Part shown: positions 14,123 through 22,981 of the stretch, one piece after another | How the letters are laid out: each line of letters opens with the position of its first letter | Numbering within the stretch: the first letter of the stretch is position 1 | Assembly (NCBI GenBank): GCA_963810205.1 | Contig: CAWEMP010000016.1 | Span: forward strand, 12,001 to 76,000 | Direction: 5' to 3' | From: an uncultured Acidobacteriota bacterium | Lineage (GTDB): Bacteria > Acidobacteriota > Thermoanaerobaculia > UBA5066 > Gp7-AA6 | Length of the DNA stretch: 64,000 nt | Program-made: the position numbers and the translations under genes | The notes under the pieces: model-generated | The model's database searches: none | What the model was told of the DNA's origin: nothing | What the model saw: the letters and a program-made list of their open reading frames with translations, nothing else

Positions 14123-15024
14123 GGCTTCGTCTCGGCGCCCGAGGCAGCGCCCTCTCGCTGGCCCAGGCCTCGCTGGTCGCGGGGTCTCTTGCGGGCCGCA
14201 TCGAGGTCGAGGTCGTCGAAGTGCGCACGACCGGGGACCGCAAGTCGGCGGCGGGGGAGCCGATCTCGTGGAAGGGAGACTTCACGCGGGAGCTCGACGA
14301 GGCGCTGCGATCGGGAGCGGTGGACTTCGCCGTCCACAGCCTGAAGGACGTTCCCTCCACCATGGCGGCGGGGCTCGTGCTCGCCTCCGTCCCCGTCCGC
14401 GAAGACCCCCGCGACGTGCTCTTGTCCCATCCGGCGCGGCGGTTCGCGGAACTTCCGCCGACGGCGCGGATCGGCACGTCGAGCCCGCGCCGGCGCGCCC
14501 AACTCCTGGCCGCGCGACCGGATCTCGAAGTCGTGGAGGCGCGCGGCAACGTCGACACGCGGATCCGCCGGCTGCGCGAGGGCACGTGGGATGCGATCGT
14601 TCTGGCCCGCGCGGGCCTGGCGAGGCTCGGCCGCCTCGACGAGATCGTCGAGATCTTCCCGGAAGACATCCTTCTCCCCGCCGTGGGCCAGGGAGCGCTG
14701 GCGATCACGGCGCGCGCGGACGACCAGCGCGTCCGCGAGATCCTGGCGGGAATCGACGACGCCGCTTCGCACGCGGAGGTCGTTTGCGAGCGCTCGCTGC
14801 TCGCGCAGCTCGAAGCGGGCTGCCGCGCGCCCGTGGCGGCGCGGGCCCGCGCCTCGAAGGACTCGCTGACCGTCGAAGCGGCGGTCTTCTCGGCCGACGG
14901 GTCGCGGATCCTGCGGGACCGTTCCGACGGAGCCCCGGCCGAGGCGGCCCGGATCGGGCGGGAGCTCGGCGAGAGGCTTCTCGCCGCCGGAGCGGCCGCG
15001 TTGATCGGGGAGGCGCAGAGATGA
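14119..15024 (+). CDS. hemC: hydroxymethylbilane synthase (porphobilinogen deaminase)
   Basis: Shows RLGARGSALSLAQA, AVHSLKDVP, RGNVDTRIRRL and a cofactor Cys region LEAGCRAPVA. ATGA overlaps at both ends. Confidence 0.9.
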   Translation: MRLRLGARGSALSLAQASLVAGSLAGRIEVEVVEVRTTGDRKSAAGEPISWKGDFTRELDEALRSGAVDFAVHSLKDVPSTMAAGLVLASVPVREDPRDVLLSHPARRFAELPPTARIGTSSPRRRAQLLAARPDLEVVEARGNVDTRIRRLREGTWDAIVLARAGLARLGRLDEIVEIFPEDILLPAVGQGALAITARADDQRVREILAGIDDAASHAEVVCERSLLAQLEAGCRAPVAARARASKDSLTVEAAVFSADGSRILRDRSDGAPAEAARIGRELGERLLAAGAAALIGEAQR

Positions 15025-15758
15025 GGCGGCCGCTCGTTCTCGTGGTGCGGTCGGGAGCGCGGCCCTTCGGCCCGATCGAGGGCGTCGAGGTGGCCGAGTA
15101 CGTCAGCCACACCGTCGAGCCGATCGCCCCTGTCGCTTCGGAATGGTCGGCCGCCTGGGACACGGTCATCGTCACGAGTCAGACCGCGGTCGAACAGATC
15201 ACCCGCGATGCGACAAACGCCGACGTGCTGCGGCGGGGCCTCGAAACCGGAACGCTCGTGGCCGTGGGCGAGGCGACGGCCGACGCCCTGCGGCAGCACG
15301 GCCTGCCGCCCGACCACGTCGCTGCGGGATCGGCGCGCTCGATGCTCGAAGGCCTGGCGTCCACCCTGTCCGGCAGCCGCGTCCTCTGGCCCTGCGGCGA
15401 GGATGCTTCGGTCGACCTCGCGGAGCCCCTGCGGGAGCGCGGCGCGCATGTCCGGCGGCTGGTGCTCTACCGCAAGCGGCCCGCGGCCGCCAATCCCGCG
15501 CTTTCGGCGGAGATCGTGGAGCGGCCCCCGGCGGCTTTCTGCGCGACGTCGCCGGCGGCGGCGGAGTGGCTCTTCGGCGGCCTCAGCGAGGAGGCGACCG
15601 AGCGGCTGCGAAAGACCCCGGCCGTGGCGCTCGGACCGTCCACCCTCGAGAAGCTCGCCGCCCTCGGTGTCGAGCGAGTCGAAATATCGCGCGAGGCCCG
15701 CTTCGGCAGCGCCGGGGAGCTCCTCGCGAGGCTTGCCACTGCGGGCATCGCGACGTAG
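15021..15758 (+). CDS. hemD: uroporphyrinogen-III synthase
   Basis: 245-aa ORF between hemC and hemB. It has the HemD-like two-lobe pattern (VIVTSQTAV..., [11 protein letters not shown]). The family is weakly conserved, so the call rests partly on position. Confidence 0.75.
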   Translation: MRRPLVLVVRSGARPFGPIEGVEVAEYVSHTVEPIAPVASEWSAAWDTVIVTSQTAVEQITRDATNADVLRRGLETGTLVAVGEATADALRQHGLPPDHVAAGSARSMLEGLASTLSGSRVLWPCGEDASVDLAEPLRERGAHVRRLVLYRKRPAAANPALSAEIVERPPAAFCATSPAAAEWLFGGLSEEATERLRKTPAVALGPSTLEKLAALGVERVEISREARFGSAGELLARLATAGIAT

Positions 15759-15771
15759 TCTGCGTTCTCTC

Positions 15772-16765
15772 ATGAGCGGCTTTCCCGCGGTCCGTCTCCG
15801 GCGGCTCCGAGCCTCGCCGGCCTCCCGGGCCCTCGTCCGCGAGACGAGGCTGACGGCGGACCGCTTCGTGGCGCCGCTCTTCGTCCGCAAAGGACGGGGC
15901 CTGCGCGAGGCGATCGGGTCGCTGCCCGGCGTCGACCGCCTCTCCCCGGACGAGGCGGTGGCGGCCTCGCAGGAGCTCCAGGCTCTCGGCATCCCGGGCG
16001 TCCTCCTGTTCGGCATTCCCGAGCGCAAGGACGAGACGGGAAGCGAGGCGTGGGACGAGGGAGGGGCGCTTCAGGAGACGGTGCGAGCGCTCAAACGTTC
16101 GGTCCCGGGCCTTCTCGTCATGACCGACGTCTGCCTCGACGAGTACACGTCCCACGGCCACTGCGGCGTGATTCGCGACGGCCGCGTCGACAACGACGCG
16201 ACCTTGCCCCTGCTGGCGCGGGCCGCGGTCTCGCACGCCCGCGCGGGGGTCGACGTCGTGGCGCCGTCCGACATGATGGACGGCCGGGTCGGAGCGATCC
16301 GCCGGGAGCTCGACGGGCAGGGCTTCGAGCAGACGGCGATTCTCGCCTACGCGGCCAAGGCTGCTTCGGCGTTCTACGGTCCGTTCCGCGAAGCGGCGGA
16401 CTCGGCGCCGAAGTTCGGCGACCGCCGCGGTTACCAGATGGACGGAGCCAACCGGCGCGAGGCCATGCGCGAGATCGGACTCGACCTCGACGAGGGCGCC
16501 GACGCCATCATGGTCAAGCCGGCCCTCGCCTATCTCGACTGGATCCAGGAGGCGCGCTCGCGCTTCGACGCTCCGATCGCGGCCTACAACGTCTCGGGGG
16601 AGTACGCGATGGTGCATGCGGCCGCCGCGCAACGGCTGGATCGACGCCAAGCGCGTCACACTCGAGATCCTGACGTCGATCGTGCGGGCCGGCGCGGACT
16701 TCGTCCTCACGTACCACGCGAAAGACGCGGCCCGGTGGATCCGCGAAGGCGGCCTGGACGCTTGA
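15772..16765 (+). pseudogene. hemB: porphobilinogen synthase (ALA dehydratase), one frameshift near the 3' end as sequenced
   Basis: Shows [25 protein letters not shown] and the active-site Lys in [11 protein letters not shown]. After ...AMVHAAAA (about 16630) the conserved tail [30 protein letters not shown] continues in the next frame to TGA 16763-16765. Confidence 0.85.
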
Positions 16766-18079
16766 AGGACCCCCGGAAAGCCCGTTCCTCGGCGCGATCG
16801 GCGGCTCTTTATCGGCGGGCGCAGACGCTCATGCCGGGCGGCGTGAGCTCGCCCGTCCGCTCGTTCGCGTCGGTCGGCGGCGAGCCGTTCTTCGTCTCCT
16901 CGGGTCGCGGCTGCCGCGTGCGCGACGCGGACGGGCGGTCCTACATCGACTACGTGATGTCCTACGGGCCGCACCTCTTCGGCCACGGCCCGACGTTCCT
17001 GCGCCGGGCCCTCGACCGGGCCTCCCGCCGCGGGACCTCGTTCGGCGCGCCGACCGAGCTCGAGGTGCGCCTGGCCGAGCGGGTCGCGAAGCTCGTGCCG
17101 TCGATCGAGATGGTCCGCTTCGTCAGCTCCGGCACCGAGGCGACGATGAGCGCGGTGCGCCTGGCGCGGGGCGCCACCGGCAGGAAGCGCATCCTCAAGA
17201 CCGACGGCGGGTATCACGGCCACGCCGACGGTTTCCTCGTGGCGGCGGGCTCCGGCGTCGCGACGCTCGGAATCGCCGGAAGCCCGGGTGTGCCGGACGA
17301 GATCGCCGCGCTGACCACGGTCGTCCCATACAACGACGCCGCCGCGCTCGAAGCGGCCCTCGAGAAGTTCCGCGGCGACGTCGCGGCCTTCATCGTCGAG
17401 CCGGTCGCGGCCAACATGGGTCTCGTCGTCCCGCGCCCCGGCTACCTCGAAGCCGCGCGCGAGCTGACCCGCCGCCACGGGGCGCTCCTGATCTTCGACG
17501 AGGTGATCTCGGGCTTCCGGCTCGCCGCCGGGGGCGCGCAGGAGGTCTACGGCAGTCGGCCGGACCTGACGACCCTCGGCAAGATCCTCGGCGGCGGACT
17601 GCCGGTCGGTGCGTACGGGGGCTCGAAGGACCTCATGGAGAAGATGGCACCGGTCGGGCCCGTCTACCAGGCCGGCACGCTTTCCGGCAACCCGCTCGCG
17701 ATGTCCGCCGGCCTGGCGATGCTGGGCGAGATCGAGCGGCGGCCGCCGTACGCAAGAGCTCGACCGCCTCGGAGCTCTCCTGGAGACGCTGCTCTCGGAC
17801 GAGATCGCCAGACGCGGGCTCGCGGATCGGGTGTGTCTGCCGCGCATGGGCTCTCTCCTCACCCTCTTCTTCGCGGCGGGCCCGATCCAGGATTTCACCA
17901 CCGCCAAACGGTCCGACACGAAACGCTACGCCGCGTTCTTCCACGCCATGCGGGAGCGGGGGATCTTCCTCCCACCCGCGCAGTTCGAGGCCTGGTTCGT
18001 GTCGACGGCGCACGGCGACGCCGAGATCCGCCGGACGGCGCGCATGGCGGGAGAGAGCCTGGCGGCCGCCTTCGCCTAG
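16762..18079 (+). pseudogene. hemL: glutamate-1-semialdehyde 2,1-aminomutase, one frameshift as sequenced
   Basis: TTG 16762 overlaps the hemB stop (TTGA). Shows [36 protein letters not shown] and [17 protein letters not shown]. The break is near 17754, and the tail ([10 protein letters not shown]...[11 protein letters not shown]) is in ORF 17609..18079. Confidence 0.85.
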
Positions 18080-18108
18080 GCAGCGCGTCGGCGTCGCCGC
18101 CGATCGAT

Positions 18109-19822
18109 CTACTCCAGGCCGGGGATCCGGGGAATGGTCACGCTGCGGAACCCCTCTTCGCGGATGCGGCGGATCTCCTGGGTCTCGGACTCGACCCAGG
18201 GGAGCGGAAGGCCCAGGCGCTTGACGGCGCGGCGGGCGATCTCGAGCGCCGTCTCGAACTCCTCGGCGATGACCTCGTCCGCCCCGGCGGCCACGAGGGC
18301 CGGGAATCTCCGCGACGTAGCGGGTCCGCACGAGGATGAAGAGGCCGGGCGCCAGGGTGCGGCAGTGGCGAATCGTCTGGCGTGTCGCCCGCAGGTCGGA
18401 GAGGAGGACGATCACGGCCCGGGCCTTCTGGACGCCGTTGCGGCGCAGGACGACGTCGTTGGTCGAGTCGCCGTACTCGATCGGCAGGAGCTTGCCGGCG
18501 CCCTTCTTCACGCGCACGGGATCGAGGTCGATGATCCGAAACGGCGCCCGCGCGCGCTCGAGGACCCGCGCGACGGTTTCGCCCATGTGTCCGAAGCCGA
18601 TCACGAGGATCAACCCCTCGGGCGGCGACGGGGCGGCCCGGTCCCTCGAAGGGCCCTCGCGGCGAGTCAGGCGGAAGGCCAGGGCGTGGCTCGCCTCCGA
18701 GAGAAACGGCGTCGCGATCATAGTGATGAGCGCCGCCGCCAGGAACGCCTGATACATGACGCTCGAGATGAGCTCGGCCTCCTTGCCCTGGCGCAGGAGG
18801 ACGAAGGAAAACTCACCGATCTGCGCCAGCGAGAGACCGACGACGGTGGCGACCCGGAAACCGTAGCCCATCGTCAGGGCGGCGGCGCCGCCCGCGATCG
18901 TCTTCCAGACCAGGATCAGCCCCAGCAGCACCGCAACGAGCAACGGCTGCTCGAGGATCACGCGGGGGTTGAACAGCATTCCGATCGAGACGAAGAACAC
19001 GGCGTTGAAGGCGTCGCGAAACGCCGTGACGTCCGCCAGCGCCTGGTGCCCGTATTCCGACTCCGACAGCACCAGGCCCGCAAGGAAAGCGCCGAGCGCC
19101 GCCGACAGGCCGGCCCACGAGGTCGCCAGCGCCGAGCCCAGGACGAGGAACAGGACGGCGACGACGAAGATCTCCTTCTGGCGCGTCCCCGCGAGGGCTC
19201 CGATGAACCGGGGCACCAGGACCCGCGCGACGAGAAGCAGCCCGCCGGCGGTCAGCGCCGTCTTGCCCGTGGCGAGCAGGACCGGCATCAGGCCGGCCGC
19301 TCCGCCCCGGGAAAGCGTCGGAAGGGACAGGAGCATCGGGACGACGGCGAGGTCCTGGAAGATCAGGATGCCGAGGAGCATCCGGCCGTGTGGGGCGTCG
19401 AGCTCGCGCCGGTCGAGCAGGAGCTTGAGCACGATCGCCGTCGAGGACAGGGCGACCAGGTAGCCGAAGAAGAGGCCGCGCGAGAGGGGATACCCGCCGG
19501 CGGCGGCGACGGCCAGGACCAGGGCGATGGTGACGACGACCTGGATCGACCCCGCGACCCACACGAGCTTGCCGAGACGGCGCAGGTTGCCGAGCGAGAG
19601 CTCGAGGCCGACGGTGAAGAGAAGCAGAACGACGCCGAGATCCGCCAGGACCTCGACGACCTTGACGTCGCCGAGCAATCCGAGTCCGAACGGACCGAAC
19701 AAAGCCCCGGCCGAGAGGAACCCGATGAGCGGAGGTTGCCGCAGGCGATGCAGCAGGAACGCGGCGCCGAGAGCCGCGAGGAAGATCAAGGCGAGGGGCC
19801 CGAGAAACTCCGGCGCCTGCAT
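18109..19822 (-). pseudogene. CPA2 monovalent cation:proton antiporter with C-terminal TrkA-N domain (KefB/KefC-like), one frameshift as sequenced
   Basis: About 12 TM helices (for example LSLAQIGEFSFVL) followed by a Rossmann motif VIGFGHMGETVA. The last 61 aa (ORF 18109..18294) rejoin if CC 18300-18301 is shortened. Start is ATG 19822, with TTG 19825 as an alternative. Confidence 0.8.
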
Positions 19823-19875
19823 CAAGGATCATTATGCGCGCCTGCGGTTCTCTGGTAGCCTCGCGCCACTCGCAC

Positions 19876-21399
19876 ATGAGCTCGACAACCGCGGCCGCCG
19901 TCCCCGGAGGCAAGACGTGGTTCGGCCACCCCCGCGGCCTCTCGACGCTCTTCTTCACGGAGATGTGGGAGCGGTTCAGCTACTACGGGATGCGGGCTCT
20001 CCTGATCCTGTTCCTGGTGGCCTCGGTCCAGAACGGCGGCTTCGGCCTGACCGACAAGAAGGCCGCGGCGATCTACGGCCTCTACACGGCGGGCGTCTAC
20101 CTGATGGCCCTGCCGGGGGGCTGGATCGCAGACCGGATCTTCGGCCAGCGGCGCGCCGTCTTCATCGGCGGCTGCGTGATCGCCGCGGGCCACTTCAGCA
20201 TGGCGGTTCCGACCGTGCCCTCGTTCTATCTCGGCCTGTGCCTGATCGTCGTCGGCACGGGGCTCTTGAAGCCCAACGTGAGCGCGATGGTCGGCGACCT
20301 CTACCCCGAGGGGGGTGCGCGCCGCGATTCCGGTTTCTCGTTCTTCTACATGGGGATCAACACCGGCGCCTTCATCGGACCCTTCATCTGCGGCTTCCTC
20401 GGCGAACGGGTCAACTGGCACTTCGGCTTCGGCGCCGCGGGCGTCGGCATGGTCCTCGGGCTCGTCCAGTACCGACTCGGGGCGCGCCACCTCGGAACCG
20501 CTGGACTGCCGCGACCCCCGGCGCAGGACCCCGTTACCCGCGGGAAGGCCGTCCGCGGCGTCCTGATCGGAGTCGCGATTCTGGCGGCGGCGCTCTTCGC
20601 CGGCGCCCTCGCGAACCTCAGCCTCGAGACCGCCGCCAGGGGCACGGGCGTGGTGATCGTCAGCATCGTCCTGCTCTACTTCGGCTCCGTCCTCCTCTCC
20701 GGCGGCCTGACCGTCGCCGAGAAGAAGCGCGTCGTCGTCATCTTTCTGTTCTTCCTGGCCTCGTCGCTCTTCTGGGCGGGCTACGAGCAGGCGGGCTCCT
20801 CGTTCAACCTCTTCGCTTCGCGCCTGACCGACCGCATGGTCGGGAGCTGGGAGGTGCCGGCTTCCTGGTTCCAGGCCGTGCCGCCGACGTTCGTCATCCT
20901 CCTGTCTCCGGTCTTCAGCCTGGTCTGGCTCCGGCTGCAGGATGGCGGGCCCTCGATGCCCGCCAAGCTCGGGCTGGGCCTGGTGCTCCTGGCGATCGGC
21001 ATGTTCGTCATGGCCGTCGCCGCGGCGAACACCCACGGCGGCGCCGACAAGGTCGGCCCCTGGTGGCTCGTCACGACGTACTTCATTCACACGGTCGGTG
21101 AGCTGTGTCTGTCTCCCGTCGGCCTCTCGAGCGTGACCAAGCTCGCGCCGCGGCGACTCGTCGGCCAGATGATGGGCACCTTCTTCATGGGCAACGCGCT
21201 CGGCAACCTCATCGCCGGCCTGACCGCGGGCAGCTTTTCCACGATGCCGCTGCCGGTCCTCTTCGGAACGATCGCCAAGGTCACGGGGATCGGTGGGTTG
21301 CTGCTGCTCATCTTCTCCGGCCCCATCCGTCGCCTCATCGGCGTTCTCCCGACGCGAGGGGACACGCCGGCGACGGTGGAGACCGAAGCCCCGGCGTAG
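19876..21399 (+). CDS. POT/PTR2-family di/tripeptide:proton symporter
   Basis: Signature GHPRGLSTLFFTEMWERFSYYGMRALLILFL, roughly 14 TM, intact. ATG 19876 is preferred over ATG 19834. Confidence 0.85.
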   Translation: MSSTTAAAVPGGKTWFGHPRGLSTLFFTEMWERFSYYGMRALLILFLVASVQNGGFGLTDKKAAAIYGLYTAGVYLMALPGGWIADRIFGQRRAVFIGGCVIAAGHFSMAVPTVPSFYLGLCLIVVGTGLLKPNVSAMVGDLYPEGGARRDSGFSFFYMGINTGAFIGPFICGFLGERVNWHFGFGAAGVGMVLGLVQYRLGARHLGTAGLPRPPAQDPVTRGKAVRGVLIGVAILAAALFAGALANLSLETAARGTGVVIVSIVLLYFGSVLLSGGLTVAEKKRVVVIFLFFLASSLFWAGYEQAGSSFNLFASRLTDRMVGSWEVPASWFQAVPPTFVILLSPVFSLVWLRLQDGGPSMPAKLGLGLVLLAIGMFVMAVAAANTHGGADKVGPWWLVTTYFIHTVGELCLSPVGLSSVTKLAPRRLVGQMMGTFFMGNALGNLIAGLTAGSFSTMPLPVLFGTIAKVTGIGGLLLLIFSGPIRRLIGVLPTRGDTPATVETEAPA

Positions 21400-21434
21400 T
21401 TGCGCCAGGCCGGCGGACTCGCGGCAGGTGGTAC

Positions 21435-22193
21435 ATGCTCTGCATGACCGGGACGGCCGACGAGATCCGGCGCGCACGCGCCTACTACCGAAAGATCCTC
21501 CCTTTCTACAGGAAGGAATCGGTTTCGCGCGCGCACCTGCAATTCTGGCTCCGCATGGCCCGGCGGACTCGGCCCGGCCGAATCCTGGAAATCGGCTCGG
21601 GGCTCGGGCGGATCACGGCCGAGCTTTCGCGCGTCGCTCCATCCGTCGGGGTCGACATCTCGATCGAGATGCTCCTCGAAGCGGCCGGGACGCGCCGCGG
21701 GCTCTTCGTCGCGGCCGACGCGCGCCGGCCGCCGTTTCGTCACGTGTTCGACCTGGTCGTCGCCCCGGGTGATCCTTTTTCGCATCTGACGACGCTCGTG
21801 GACCGCCGGCGGGCTCTTCGCGCCGTGGCGGCGCAGCTCACGCCGACCGGGCGTTTCGTCCTCGACGGCCTGTATCGGCGGCGCCACCAGGTCGCATATC
21901 CTCGTCGCCGCATCCGCGACGCTTCGGGTGTGCTCGAGATCGACGAAGCCTGGTTTCCGGCGGGCCTCCGCGACCTCTGGAGCGCGCGGTATCGATACGT
22001 CGAACGCCGTCGGGGCGGAAAACAGAAGGCGCTCTCGGCCAATTTCATGGCGCGCTCCTGGAATCGCCGAACGATCCGAGCCGAGTTCGAGGCTTGCGGG
22101 CTCACCATCCTCACGCTCTGGGGAGACTTCGACGGCCGTCCATTCGGCGCCGATGCCAGACGGATCGTCGCCGTTTCGAGGAGGAGCGCCTGA
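21435..22193 (+). CDS. class I SAM-dependent methyltransferase
   Basis: Motif I ILEIGSGLGRIT, followed by the post-I acidic residue and the DLVVAPGDPFSHL region. Confidence 0.7.
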   Translation: MLCMTGTADEIRRARAYYRKILPFYRKESVSRAHLQFWLRMARRTRPGRILEIGSGLGRITAELSRVAPSVGVDISIEMLLEAAGTRRGLFVAADARRPPFRHVFDLVVAPGDPFSHLTTLVDRRRALRAVAAQLTPTGRFVLDGLYRRRHQVAYPRRRIRDASGVLEIDEAWFPAGLRDLWSARYRYVERRRGGKQKALSANFMARSWNRRTIRAEFEACGLTILTLWGDFDGRPFGADARRIVAVSRRSA

Positions 22194-22210
22194 GCGGGAA
22201 CCGCCCCGGC

Positions 22211-22981
22211 GTGGCGGAGGTCGTCCGCCGTGTCGGGGAGCTCGCGACCGACCTCTACGACGCCATTCCGTCCCAGACCTCGCAGACGGACCGGCGTTCC
22301 CTGCTCGCGGTCCAGCGGGCCACCGCCCGACGCTTCGGCCGATACGCCTACCTCGAGATCGGCTCGCACCTGGGCGGTTCGATCCAGCCGCATCTGCTGG
22401 ATCCTCGCTGCGAGGCAATCTACTCGATCGACCCGAGGCCCGTTTCGCAGCCGGACGATCGGTCGGCGGGGTGCGTCGTCGCCTACGACGGCAACTCCAC
22501 CGAGCGGATGCTCGGCCTCCTGCGAGAGCTCGGACCGGAACAGGCCGCGAAGGTGCGCTGCTTCGAATCGGATGCCGCGCGGGTCGATGCGGCCAGGATC
22601 ATCCCGGCTCCCCACCTCGCGTTCATCGACGGCGAGCACACGCGGCGGGCCGTCCTCTCGGATTTCGCCTTCTGCCGGCGGGTGCTCGCGCCCGGGGGTA
22701 CGGTCCTGGTGGATGATTTCCCGATCGTCTACCCCGCGGTGCTCGAGATCTGCCGGGCTCTCCGGCGTGCGGGCGAGCGGTTCACGACGGCTCGTCTCGA
22801 GGGAAAGGCCTTCGCGGTTTTCTTCGACGAAGAACTCGTCCAGGCCGATCCGTTCCTGAGCCGGTGCCGGGCGCGCAGCCGGTGGACGTTGAGACGCTAC
22901 CGGTGGAAGCTCCTCGGCAAGAGCCTCCTGCCGGGAAGATCCGGCGCCGCGGCCCGGGCCGCCCTACGGGCGGGCGGCTAG
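22211..22981 (+). CDS. class I SAM-dependent methyltransferase (Methyltransf_24-like)
   Basis: Shows YLEIGSHLGGS and FIDGEHTRRAVLSDFAFCRRVLAPGGTVLVDD. The start is uncertain: GTG 22211, or CTG 22190 overlapping the upstream stop (CTGA). Confidence 0.6.
   Translation: MAEVVRRVGELATDLYDAIPSQTSQTDRRSLLAVQRATARRFGRYAYLEIGSHLGGSIQPHLLDPRCEAIYSIDPRPVSQPDDRSAGCVVAYDGNSTERMLGLLRELGPEQAAKVRCFESDAARVDAARIIPAPHLAFIDGEHTRRAVLSDFAFCRRVLAPGGTVLVDDFPIVYPAVLEICRALRRAGERFTTARLEGKAFAVFFDEELVQADPFLSRCRARSRWTLRRYRWKLLGKSLLPGRSGAAARAALRAGG

Noticed and set aside
15208-18339. Giant single ORFs that look like fusion proteins: 15208..18339 (hemB plus hemL plus tail, 1043 aa), 28820..32032 (hutH plus hutU, 1070 aa), 5263..7077 (hemE plus hemN N-terminus) and 49296..52892.
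   Set aside because: The apparent fusions arise because frameshifts, or the absence of stops in a non-coding frame, link separate genes. Each component has its own start with an NTGA overlap or intergenic gap, and its conserved C-terminus lies in another frame.
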